This document shows positions 34,301-41,453 of a DNA stretch of 48,000 bases, one piece after another. The translations under genes were made by a program, and so were the position numbers. Each line of letters opens with the position of its first letter. Within the stretch, counting starts at the first letter, position 1. The notes beneath the pieces are model-generated. The model saw only the letters and a list, made by a program, of their open reading frames with translations. It did not search any database and had not been told where the DNA came from. The stretch comes from Tolypothrix carrinoi HA7290-LM1 (GTDB taxonomy: Bacteria > Cyanobacteriota > Cyanobacteriia > Cyanobacteriales > Nostocaceae), in NCBI GenBank assembly GCA_019358935.1, contig JAHHIK010000063.1:1-48000 (forward strand). Reading direction: 5' to 3'.

Positions 34301-35735
34301 CTTAGGACGGTATTTGCCGGATGGCAATATTGAATTTCTCGGTAGAGAAGATTTTCAGGTAAAAATCAATGGATACCGCGTTGAACTCGGTGAAATTGAG
34401 GCAGTGTTAAGGCAGCATCCTACAGTTAAAGAAGCGGTTGTGACTTTAGTCGAGGAGTCGCGGGAGAAAAAACGCTTGGTAGCCTATGTTGTTCAAAAGG
34501 CTACATCTAACTTGCAACCCGCTCAAAGTGAAGCCTACGATCCCCATCAATTACCAGGAGTAATAGTCGATCCCCTAGAACGCATTGAATTTAAACTTAG
34601 ACAACCAGGATTACGACAGTTACAATCCGCTCAAACGACTATCGAGTTACCCAAACCAGAGTTTGATGAAGCGCTTACCCAAGCTTACTTAGCACGTCAA
34701 AGTTATCGAGAATTTCTGCCAAAATCTATTTCTCTAGAAGAGTTTAGCCAGTTTTTCAGTTGCCTGCTACCAATGCAACTAGAGAATTATCCTCTACCCA
34801 AATATCGCTATCCTTCTGCTGGAAATCTTTATCCTGTACAAACATATTTATTCGTCAAGCCCAATGCAGTGAACGGGCTAGAAGCCGGTATCTATTACTA
34901 CCATGCTTCTGAGCATCGCCTAGTTTTACTTTCTTCCGTTACAGAAATTGATGACAGTGTTTATGGAGGCAATAAGTCAATTTTTGAACAGTCAGCTTTT
35001 TCAGTATTTTTGATTGGGCAGTTAAGTGCGATTTCTCCCATGTATGGGGAACTTGCTATGAACTTTTGTCTTTTAGAAGCAGGTCACATGGGTCAGCTTT
35101 TGATGAGTAACGCGCCGGCTTACTCAATTGGATTGTGTCCGATTGGCAATCTAGAATTCAGCAAATTACGAGAGTTGTTTAAGCTGGAATCAACCCATAA
35201 TCTGCTTTATAGTTTTGTTGGGGGAAAAATTGACTCTTCTCAAACCAAGCGATGGTTCTCATCTAATTCTGGACAAAAAGCAAACTCGATTTCTGACGAA
35301 CTACGCGAGTATCTTCGTCAGAAGTTACCTGAATACATGGTACCCAAAAGTTTCATGCAGCTAGAAGCTTTGCCACTGACACCCAACGGCAAAGTCAACT
35401 ACAAAGCCTTGCCACAGCCCGAAGTTGAACTTCAACAGGAAAAAGCATTTGTTGCTCCCCGTACCTCTGTTGAGAAACAGTTAGCTCAAATGGTGGAAAA
35501 TATTCTCTGTTTAGATCGAGTTGGAATTTACGACAATTTCTTTGAAGTAGGGGGGGATTCTCTTCTAGCAACTCGGCTCATCTCCAGAATTAGGGAAACT
35601 TTTGCGATTGAGCTTCCTTTACGCCAATTCTTTGAAGACTCTACTGTGAGTAACATAGCTGACTACATTGAAACAGTTAGTTGGGTGGGACAAGAGGTAG
35701 TTGCAGAAATAGAGCTTGAAGAGGAAGAAATATGA
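28308..35735 (+). CDS. NRPS, two modules: docking-C-A(Ser)-T-Cy-A(Cys, with embedded Ox)-T (thiazole-forming)
   Basis: 2475 aa. The N-terminal TubC_N-like docking domain is MILSEFLQEISIKGWKLWSENGRLRYRAPN... The C domain is HHIIGEGWS (28872-). A1 is YTSGSTGKPKG (30339-) with code DVWHISLIDK (Ser-like), and the T Ser is at 31587-31589. The Cy domain has FPLTDIQQAYWLGR and DALIADAFS (32178-32198). A2 is YTSGSTGVPKG (33598-) with code DLYNLSLIWK (Cys). An FMN oxidase is inserted between A8 and A10, and the T Ser is at 35559-35561. The acidic tail is ..AEIELEEEEI. Confidence 0.95.
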   Translation: MILSEFLQEISIKGWKLWSENGRLRYRAPNNEATSSVLEQLTQYKVEILKLLQQPNLLEVYPLSYGQRALWLLWQLAPESCAYNVAFNCRIRSDVDVAALEKVFQVLSDRHPILRSTFPKLGTEPIQQVNPEQKVDFQQIDATNSHEEELKTKVIAAYQTPFDLERGPVMRVRLFTRSKQEHILLLVIHHIIGEGWSIGILLDELKVLYPALRAGRELTLPPPAHLHQDYVRWQKTIIDLAEGERLWDYWQQQLAGELPVLNLPTDKPRPSVQTYNGASYPLYLSEILTQQLKELAQSEGATLYTILLAAFKVLLHRYTDQDDILVGSPTASRHRPEFTQIVGYLVNPVVLRTNLSGNPSFKEFLAQVRNTVNAAIVHQDYPFPLIVERLQLHRDSSRSPIFQACFVLQKLQQTPDVLKLYSSQVGTAIEWGGLVLEPYEVPQQEGQFDLTLEIADSDALLVGVLKYNADLFNKETIAQMASHFQTLLEGIVTHPELAIAQLPLLNEQQRYQLLVEWNQTAADYPQHKCIHQLFEEQVQRTPNAVAVVYENQQLTYQQLNERANQLAHYLQSLGVKPEVLVGLCVERSLEMIVGILGILKAGGAYVPLDPEYPQDRLAYMLADSQVPVLLTQEKLIPVLPKHPAHVICLDTKWEQIATEQKTYPVSGVQPENLAYVIYTSGSTGKPKGVMNAHQGICNRLLWMQEAYQLTPTDSVLQKTPFSFDVSVWEFFWTLLAGARLVIAKPGGHQDRDYLVNLIAQEQITTVHFVPSMLQVFLESRDLEQCHCLRRVICSGEALPLDLQEKFFQRLGGELHNLYGPTEAAIDVTAWQCQRNSDLRTVPIGRPIANMQIYILDPYLQPVSIGMTGELYIGGIGVACGYLNRPDLTAERFITNPFTNFGLSSPELSETQAQFNNLKSQIQNLNKSERLYKTGDLARYLPDGNIEFIGRIDHQVKIRGFRIELGEIESVLNTHPQVQQVVVITREDQPGNKRLVGYIVCNFEPPTINELRSFLKQQLPEYMVPGAFVLLEAMPLTPNGKVDRKALPVSADLAGEREFVPPQTLTQELIANIFTAVLKVPVGIYDNFFELGGHSLLATEIVSKLRQAFEIEVPLRSLFESPTVAELDRILSELRQAEPLGGQKLDVSLPPLVPDPDQRYQPFPLTDIQQAYWLGRDSTFDLGNIASHAYFEIDCFDLNLKRLNQAWQQLVDRHDMLRAVVLPNGQQQVQELVPPYQFQVLDLRQSPQIATQLEAIRDQMSHQVLPADQLPLFEIRASILDEKRIRLHLSIDALIADAFSLNLIGQQWLQLYQNPDSLLPKIELSFRDYVLAALAFKDTPQYQRDRKYWLNRLNTLPPAPELPLTRNLTSTQEPQFHRRSAQLCPEDWQQLKNKAVRANLTFSSVLLAAFVDILNLWSKNPKFTINLTLFNRLPLHPQVNDLVGDFTSLNLLEVDNSIAAPFTNRAQRLQQQLWQDLDRQYFSGVDVQRELRRQRGSYQPMGVVFTSILGLNSLVQEEFNLNQLGEMVYGISQTPQVWLDQQIYEQDGALVFNWDAVKELFPVGLLDDMFETYCNWLKNLATFDRAWDELYPQLLPPAQLELISAVNDTATRVSEKTLHGLFIEQVKLRAQAIAIITPERTLTYQELYLKANQLGHQLRQLGATPNTLVAVIMEKGWEQVIAVLGILISGAAYLPIDVELPRERQLYLLEQGEVKLVLTQSRLQEKLSLPKKVECLLVDTEELSELNSSFLESVQSSTDLAYVIYTSGSTGVPKGVMIDHQGAVNTILDINQRFGVGAGDRVLALSALNFDLSVYDIFGLLAAGGCLVIPSPEKIKDPSHWLELMTSHQVTLWNTVPALMQMLVEYLTGNPDKVTLSLQLALLSGDWIPLSLPKQVKALGSDVQVVSLGGATEASIWSIYYLIEEVDPSWKSIPYGKPLLNQRFYVFNELMQPCPLWVSGQLYIGGIGLAQGYWKNQLKTQASFITHPVTQERLYKTGDLGRYLPDGNIEFLGREDFQVKINGYRVELGEIEAVLRQHPTVKEAVVTLVEESREKKRLVAYVVQKATSNLQPAQSEAYDPHQLPGVIVDPLERIEFKLRQPGLRQLQSAQTTIELPKPEFDEALTQAYLARQSYREFLPKSISLEEFSQFFSCLLPMQLENYPLPKYRYPSAGNLYPVQTYLFVKPNAVNGLEAGIYYYHASEHRLVLLSSVTEIDDSVYGGNKSIFEQSAFSVFLIGQLSAISPMYGELAMNFCLLEAGHMGQLLMSNAPAYSIGLCPIGNLEFSKLRELFKLESTHNLLYSFVGGKIDSSQTKRWFSSNSGQKANSISDELREYLRQKLPEYMVPKSFMQLEALPLTPNGKVNYKALPQPEVELQQEKAFVAPRTSVEKQLAQMVENILCLDRVGIYDNFFEVGGDSLLATRLISRIRETFAIELPLRQFFEDSTVSNIADYIETVSWVGQEVVAEIELEEEEI
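34540..35240 (+). other. Nitroreductase-like FMN oxidase (Ox) domain embedded in the Cys A domain
   Basis: ..RQSYREFLPKSISLEEFSQFF..YPSAGNLYPVQTYLFVKP..GIYYYHASEHRLV..LEAGHMGQLLM..GLCPIG is the EpoB/BlmIII/MtaD-type thiazoline oxidase pattern. It lies between GYRVELGEIE (A8) and LPEYMVPKSF..PNGKV (A10). Confidence 0.8.
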
Positions 35736-35812
35736 ATCAAAAAAGCGTGGTGAAGTTGCTTTCTCAACTGCGTCAACTGAATATTCAAGTTATAGCTGAA
35801 GGAGAAAAGTTA
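35701..35812 (+). repeat. Direct repeat copy 1 (112 bp, identical to 36641-36752), spanning the stop of the 28308 NRPS and a duplicated 5' fragment of the next NRPS
   Basis: A base-by-base comparison of ttgcagaaatagagcttgaagaggaagaaatatgaatcaaaaaagcgtggtgaagttgctttctcaactgcgtcaactgaatattcaagttatagctgaaggagaaaagtta gives 112/112 identity. A degenerate extension lies upstream (tgggacaagag at 35686 and at 36623). Confidence 0.95.
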
Positions 35813-35824
35813 TCCTATGCGTAA
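35732..35824 (+). pseudogene. Truncated duplicate of the N-terminal docking domain of the 36672 NRPS (30-aa ORF)
   Basis: MNQKSVVKLLSQLRQLNIQVIAEGEKL is identical to residues 1-27 of the 36672 product. It then diverges (SYA, stop at 35822-35824) where the hydroxylase cassette begins. Its ATG overlaps the upstream stop (ATGA). Confidence 0.8.
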
Positions 35825-36611
35825 AAAATTATCTTGGGATATGCTTCGTAAGTTACTTCATGGTTACAATACTATTCGTAAAAATAGCCAAAAACCTGAA
35901 TTAGCTAGGTTAAAAGACATTTATTCGGGAAAGTTCCAGTTCGCTGAATTGGTTTCACCTAACTTTATTAGCCTGCTCAGTAAGGCTGTTAGTAAAGATA
36001 AGGACAGCCATTATCTTGACAAGATGCAGCGTCCATTACTATATTTTCCGTTCTTAACTGCCAAACCCTTTCACGAGAAAGACGAGAACGCAGAACTCTT
36101 GGAGCGATATGCAGATATTATCCGCAAGGAATTCTCTGCAATTGATGAATTCTTGTACAAAAAACATCCAGCGACGCTAGTTAAAGATGGCAAATGGGAT
36201 ACTTTTACACTTTTCCGTAATGGAGTAAAGCATGAGGCTAACTGTGCACTCTGTCCGGAAACAACCCGCATTATCGAGCAATTGCCACACTGCTGCAATT
36301 GGCATGGCATGGCCTATTTTTCAGTCCTTCAACCAGGGGTACACATTCCACCACACTGCAGTTACACGAATGGTCGCCTGCGATATCACTTAGGGTTGGA
36401 AGTACCAGAGGGCGTCTGGATACGAGTGAAGGATGATGTTCGTTATTGGATTTCTGACAAATGTCTAATCTTTGACGATTCATTCGAGCATGAGGTTTTC
36501 CATAAAGGGCAAACACGAAGAGTCGCCTTGATTGTAGATTTATGGCATTCAGACTTGAGCAAAGAAGAACGCAAAGCGCTTGAGGAGATTTATATCGAAT
36601 TCAAGACCTAG
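35817..36611 (+). CDS. Aspartyl/asparaginyl beta-hydroxylase-family (AspH/LpxO-like) Fe(II)/2OG oxygenase
   Basis: 264 aa. ..AYFSVLQPGVHIPPHCSYTNGRLRYHLGLEVPEGVWIRV..WISDKCLIFDDSFEHEVFHKG..RVALIVDLWH matches the family pattern G.xI.PH...N.RLR.HLGL.vP....i.V....W..G....FDDSf.HEv.N...R..L..D.WHP. Confidence 0.8.
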   Translation: MRKKLSWDMLRKLLHGYNTIRKNSQKPELARLKDIYSGKFQFAELVSPNFISLLSKAVSKDKDSHYLDKMQRPLLYFPFLTAKPFHEKDENAELLERYADIIRKEFSAIDEFLYKKHPATLVKDGKWDTFTLFRNGVKHEANCALCPETTRIIEQLPHCCNWHGMAYFSVLQPGVHIPPHCSYTNGRLRYHLGLEVPEGVWIRVKDDVRYWISDKCLIFDDSFEHEVFHKGQTRRVALIVDLWHSDLSKEERKALEEIYIEFKT

Positions 36612-36640
36612 ACTTAGTTCAATGGGACAAGAGTTACAAG

Positions 36641-36752
36641 TTGCAGAAATAGAGCTTGAAGAGGAAGAAATATGAATCAAAAAAGCGTGGTGAAGTTGCT
36701 TTCTCAACTGCGTCAACTGAATATTCAAGTTATAGCTGAAGGAGAAAAGTTA
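36641..36752 (+). repeat. Direct repeat copy 2 (112 bp, identical to 35701-35812), covering a relic NRPS C-terminal tail and the true start of the 36672 NRPS
   Basis: See copy 1. The relic micro-ORF at 36622-36675 encodes MGQELQVAEIELEEEEI, which mirrors the ..VGQEVVAEIELEEEEI C-terminus of the 28308 product. Confidence 0.95.
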
Positions 36753-39700
36753 CGTTATCAAGCTCCTAAAGGAGTTTTGACTCCCGAACTGCGTCAAGAA
36801 ATTGCTGAGTATAAAGCACAAATTCTCGCATTTCTGAGTACAGTCAATAGAAATGAGAGGTCTGTACTTTCAGCAATTGAGATTATTCCTAGAAACGAAA
36901 ACTTACCTCTTTCTTTTGGTCAAGAACGATTATGGTTTTTAGACCAACTTCAAGGTTCAACAGCTTATAACGAGCATGGGGGAATACGAATTACAGGTAA
37001 GCTAGATGTGACGGCGATACAATCTGCTTTTGCAGAAGTTTTGCGCCGCCACGAAGTGCTGCGGACGACTTTCCCGTTAGTTAATGGCAAGCCGACACAA
37101 GCGATCGCCCCACAGGTAAACGCAGAAGTAGCGCTGCTCGATTGGCAGCATTTAACCGAGAGTACGCGGGAGAGCCAATTGCAGCATTATGCCCAACAGC
37201 AAGCCCAGACGCTGTTTGATTTGGCATCCGGTCCTCTGGTGTGTGCCACCTTAGTACACTTAGCTGCTGAAGAATGGGTGCTGTTGATTGTGATGCACCA
37301 TATTATTTGTGACTATTGGTCAGTCAATATTTTTATTCAAGAACTCTCTGCTCTGTATCAAAGTTTCACTCAGGGTCAGCCATCTCCTTTACCAGAACTT
37401 GTTATCCAGTATGCTGATTATGCTTCTTGGCAACGTCATCGGCTGAATGGCTTGCTTGAAACGCAACTCTCTTACTGGAAGAAACACTTAGCTGATGCTC
37501 CTTCTGTGCTACAGTTGCCAAGCGATCGCCCCCGACCATCGGTGCAAAGCTATCGGGGTGAGGCTCAAACATTTATTTTAGACCAATCGTTGACCAAAAA
37601 GTTGCAGCAACTTAGCCAAACTTTTGGAACAACGCTGTTTATGACGCTGCTGACGGCGTTTTCCACTCTATTGTACCGCTACAGCAATCAAGAGGATATT
37701 GTTATTGGCTCGCCCATCGCTAACCGTAACCGGGCAGAAATTGAATCGCTGATAGGATTTATTGCCAACGTATTGGTGTTGCGGGTGCGCTTTGAAAACA
37801 ATCCCAGCTTTGCACAGTTGCTGGAGCAAGTGCGGGAAGTGACTTTGCAAGGGTATGCTCATCAGGATGTGCCGTTTGAGCAAGTGGTAGAAGCTTTACA
37901 ACCAAAGCGTTCTTTAAGTTACTCGCCGCTGTATCAGGTAATGTTCGTGTTGCAGAATGTTCCAAAAGAGCCGCTAGTGTTACCAGGGGTGACTTTAAAG
38001 CCATTCACTCCCAAGACCCAAACAGCTAAGTTTGATTTGACACTCATGATAGAGGAGAGCGAGCAGGGCTTGATCGGAACTTGGGAGTACAACACCGATT
38101 TATTCAACAAGGAAACCATCGCTCGCATGTGTGAGCATTTCCAAACATTGTTGTCAGCCATTGTAACTCATCCAGAACAAAGAGTTAGTCAATTACCACT
38201 GCTGAGTGAGCAACAGAGATACCAGTTGCTGGTAGAGTGGAACCAAACAGCAGCAGACTATCCGCAAAACAAGTGCATCCATCAATTGTTCTTTGAGCAG
38301 GTCGAGCGTACCCCCGATGCTGTAGCGGTAGTATGTGAAGAGCAAATTATTACCTACAAAGAGTTAAATAATCGTGCCAATCAACTAGCGCGTTATTTGC
38401 AAGACTTAGGTATCAGACCTGAGGTGCGGGTCGGTGTGTGTATAGAGCGCTCTGTGGAAATGGTTGTGGGACTGTTGGGGATTCTCAAGGCAGGTGGTGC
38501 TTATGTGCCACTAGACCCAACATATCCCCAAGAGCGTTTGCGCTATATGTTAGATGATAGTGGAGCGTTGCTGCTGCTAACTCAGCAAAAGTTGCTGGAC
38601 TTATTGCCGCCACATTCAAAAGGTGCAGTATGTTTGGATACAGACTGGCAGTCAATTGCCGCCCAGAGTACAGACAATTTTGTTAGTGATGCCACCGCCA
38701 AGAACTTGGCTTATGTGATTTATACATCGGGGTCTACTGGCAAGCCAAAAGGTGTGGCGATCGAACATCATAGCACAGTGACTTTATTAAATTGGGCGCA
38801 AGATATATTTACACCAAAGCAACTAGCTGGGGTCTTGGCTTCAACCTCAATTTGTTTCGACCTTTCAGTGTTCGAGCTGTTTCTTCCCTTAAGTGTGGGT
38901 GGTAAGGTTATATTAGCTGAAAATGGATTGCATTTACCTACCATTACCGCTGAAGCGGAAGTTACCTTAATTAATACGGTTCCCTCTGTCGTTGCGGAGT
39001 TACTCCGAACCAACAGTATTCCAGATAAAGTGCGTACAGTCAACTTGGCTGGTGAACCTCTGCAAAATCAACTGGTGCAACAGTTATATCAGCAAGTTAA
39101 AATTGAGAAGGTTTTTAATCTTTACGGTCCATCGGAAGATACCACCTACTCCACCTTTGCCTTGTGCCTTCAAGAAGAAAAGCAGGCGATCGCAAGCAAC
39201 TCAATAACCATTGGTCGTGCGATCGCAAATACGCAAATATATATTTTAGACCGTCACCTTCAACCCCTACCAATCGGTGTTCCTGGAGAAATATACATCG
39301 GTGGCGCTGGTTTAGCCCGATGTTATTTCAACCATCCAGAGTTAACCGCACAGAAATTTATCCCTAATCCCTTTGGCAACCAACTTTCCTCCCGTCTCTA
39401 TAAAACTGGCGACTTAGCACGTTACCTACCAAACGCGAATATTCAGTTTTTGGGTCGCATTGACAATCAGGTGAAGATACGCGGCTTTCGCATTGAACTT
39501 GGGGAAATTGAAACGGCGCTTACCGCACATCCCCAAGTACTTGAAGCAATAGTCATTGTCCGAGAAGACACTCCAAGCGACAAACGCCTAGTAGCTTATA
39601 TAGTTGCACAAAATTCACCTACCAGTAGCGAACTACGCTTTTTCCTCAAACAGAAGCTACCCGACTACATGCTGCCCAAGTATTTTGTTATACTAGAAAG

Positions 39701-41453
39701 GTTGCCGTTAACCCCGAACGGCAAGGTGGATCGTAAAGCCTTGCCTGCTCCCGAAGCAGATTTTGTGCGTGGATTTGTACCTCCCCAAACCCCCATTGAA
39801 CAGACCTTAGCTGCTATTTGGCAGGAAGTCCTCGAAGTGTCACAAGTTGGCATTGATGATAATTTCTTTGCGATCGGAGGAGATTCCATCCTCAGTATCC
39901 AAGTGGTTTCTCAGGCTAAACAAGTCGGCATTCAAATCACTCCCAAACAGCTATTCCAATATCAAACCCTTGCCGAACTTGCTGCTGTTGCTAACACAAC
40001 CACTGCCGTGCTTGCTCAACAAAAGGTAGTCACAGGAGAGGTTCCCCTAACTCCGATTCAAAAGTGGTTTTTCGAGCAAAATTGGTCTAACCCGCATCAT
40101 TTTAATCAGTCGGTACTGCTGCAACTGCCCAATAACTTCAATCCCTCATTTTTGTCCAAAGCAGTTAGCCAGTTACTAGAACATCACGATGCTTTGCGTC
40201 TTTTGTTTATTTCCACTGAGGGAAACTGGCGGCAAATCAACAAAGGACTTGAAGACAGCGTGCCGTTTGAGCAAGTGGATTTATCTCAAGTTCCCCAGTC
40301 CGAACAACTTACAGCTCTTGAGGAAATTGCCGCCCGACTACAAGCTAGCTTAAACCTAAATGTTGGTCCGTTGATGCGAGTCGTGCTGTTTAACTTAGGT
40401 AGCAACTGTTGCCAGTGTTTACTAATTGCGATTCATCACCTCGCAGTCGATGGTGTCTCCTGGCGAATACTGCTTGAAGATTTGTTTGCTGTCTATCAGC
40501 AGCTAGAACGAGGAGAAAGCATTCAACTGCAAAAGAAAACCACCGCCTTTCAAGATTGGGCGATACGTCTGAGTCATTATGCACAATCAAACATTTTACA
40601 GCAACAGTTAAATTACTGGCTGAACCTGCCTTGGTCGAAAGTAGCACCACTGCCAGTGGATGAGCCTGCTAACAAACAATATAATACCGTGGCGAATGCG
40701 GCTGAAGTATCAGTTGCTTTGGATAAAAAACAAACTGATGCCCTCTTGCAGGAGGTCTGTGTTGCCTACAACACCCAAATAAATGATGTTCTGTTGACTG
40801 CTTTAGCGCAGAGTTTGAGGAAGTGGACTGGGAAATCTGCGTTTCTCATTGATTTGGAGGGACATGGACGAGAAGACTTATTTGAAGAGGTAGACTTGTC
40901 CCGAACAGTCGGCTGGTTTACGAGTCTTTTTCCAGTGCTGTTGCACTTAGAAAGTACAACTGACCTTGGGGAAACTCTCAAGGCTGTTAAAGAACAATTG
41001 CGAGGAATTCCTCTTCGGGGTATTGGCTACGGTATTCTACGTTACCTCAGTCAAGAGAGTGAAATTTGCATTCAACTTCAGGCTTTGCCCCAAGCAGATA
41101 TTTGCTTTAACTACTTTGGTCAATTTGCACAGTCAGGATTTCTTGGGGTAAGTTGGCAATTTGATGCTGTGTCTAAGCGCTTTGACCGCAGTAGTGAGGG
41201 TGGGCGTCCTTATTTGTTGGATGTTAACGCGATGGTGGTTGAAGGAAAGTTGCAAATCACTTGGACTTACTGTTGTCAAGTTCATCACAGTGCTACAGTG
41301 AAGCTGCTGGCACACAATTATATCGAGGAACTGCAAAAACTGATTGACCATTGTCTGTCTCCTGAGGCTAAGGGTTACACTCCCTCAGATTTTCCGGAAG
41401 CAGGGTTAAGCCAAGAACAACTTGACACTCTACTGGCGGAGGTAGGATTTTGA
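36672..41453 (+). CDS. NRPS, one module with epimerase: docking-C-A(Ala)-T-E (D-Ala)
   Basis: 1593 aa. The TubC_N-like docking domain is MNQKSVVKLLSQLRQLNIQVIAEGEKLRYQAPKGVLTPELRQEIAEYKAQILAFL. The C domain is HHIICDYWS (37296-). The A domain is YTSGSTGKPKG (38721-) with code DLFNNALTYK (the Ala code). The T domain is GGDSI, typical before an E domain (Ser 39885-39887). The E domain is HHLAVDGVSW (40434-). Confidence 0.95.
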   Translation: MNQKSVVKLLSQLRQLNIQVIAEGEKLRYQAPKGVLTPELRQEIAEYKAQILAFLSTVNRNERSVLSAIEIIPRNENLPLSFGQERLWFLDQLQGSTAYNEHGGIRITGKLDVTAIQSAFAEVLRRHEVLRTTFPLVNGKPTQAIAPQVNAEVALLDWQHLTESTRESQLQHYAQQQAQTLFDLASGPLVCATLVHLAAEEWVLLIVMHHIICDYWSVNIFIQELSALYQSFTQGQPSPLPELVIQYADYASWQRHRLNGLLETQLSYWKKHLADAPSVLQLPSDRPRPSVQSYRGEAQTFILDQSLTKKLQQLSQTFGTTLFMTLLTAFSTLLYRYSNQEDIVIGSPIANRNRAEIESLIGFIANVLVLRVRFENNPSFAQLLEQVREVTLQGYAHQDVPFEQVVEALQPKRSLSYSPLYQVMFVLQNVPKEPLVLPGVTLKPFTPKTQTAKFDLTLMIEESEQGLIGTWEYNTDLFNKETIARMCEHFQTLLSAIVTHPEQRVSQLPLLSEQQRYQLLVEWNQTAADYPQNKCIHQLFFEQVERTPDAVAVVCEEQIITYKELNNRANQLARYLQDLGIRPEVRVGVCIERSVEMVVGLLGILKAGGAYVPLDPTYPQERLRYMLDDSGALLLLTQQKLLDLLPPHSKGAVCLDTDWQSIAAQSTDNFVSDATAKNLAYVIYTSGSTGKPKGVAIEHHSTVTLLNWAQDIFTPKQLAGVLASTSICFDLSVFELFLPLSVGGKVILAENGLHLPTITAEAEVTLINTVPSVVAELLRTNSIPDKVRTVNLAGEPLQNQLVQQLYQQVKIEKVFNLYGPSEDTTYSTFALCLQEEKQAIASNSITIGRAIANTQIYILDRHLQPLPIGVPGEIYIGGAGLARCYFNHPELTAQKFIPNPFGNQLSSRLYKTGDLARYLPNANIQFLGRIDNQVKIRGFRIELGEIETALTAHPQVLEAIVIVREDTPSDKRLVAYIVAQNSPTSSELRFFLKQKLPDYMLPKYFVILERLPLTPNGKVDRKALPAPEADFVRGFVPPQTPIEQTLAAIWQEVLEVSQVGIDDNFFAIGGDSILSIQVVSQAKQVGIQITPKQLFQYQTLAELAAVANTTTAVLAQQKVVTGEVPLTPIQKWFFEQNWSNPHHFNQSVLLQLPNNFNPSFLSKAVSQLLEHHDALRLLFISTEGNWRQINKGLEDSVPFEQVDLSQVPQSEQLTALEEIAARLQASLNLNVGPLMRVVLFNLGSNCCQCLLIAIHHLAVDGVSWRILLEDLFAVYQQLERGESIQLQKKTTAFQDWAIRLSHYAQSNILQQQLNYWLNLPWSKVAPLPVDEPANKQYNTVANAAEVSVALDKKQTDALLQEVCVAYNTQINDVLLTALAQSLRKWTGKSAFLIDLEGHGREDLFEEVDLSRTVGWFTSLFPVLLHLESTTDLGETLKAVKEQLRGIPLRGIGYGILRYLSQESEICIQLQALPQADICFNYFGQFAQSGFLGVSWQFDAVSKRFDRSSEGGRPYLLDVNAMVVEGKLQITWTYCCQVHHSATVKLLAHNYIEELQKLIDHCLSPEAKGYTPSDFPEAGLSQEQLDTLLAEVGF

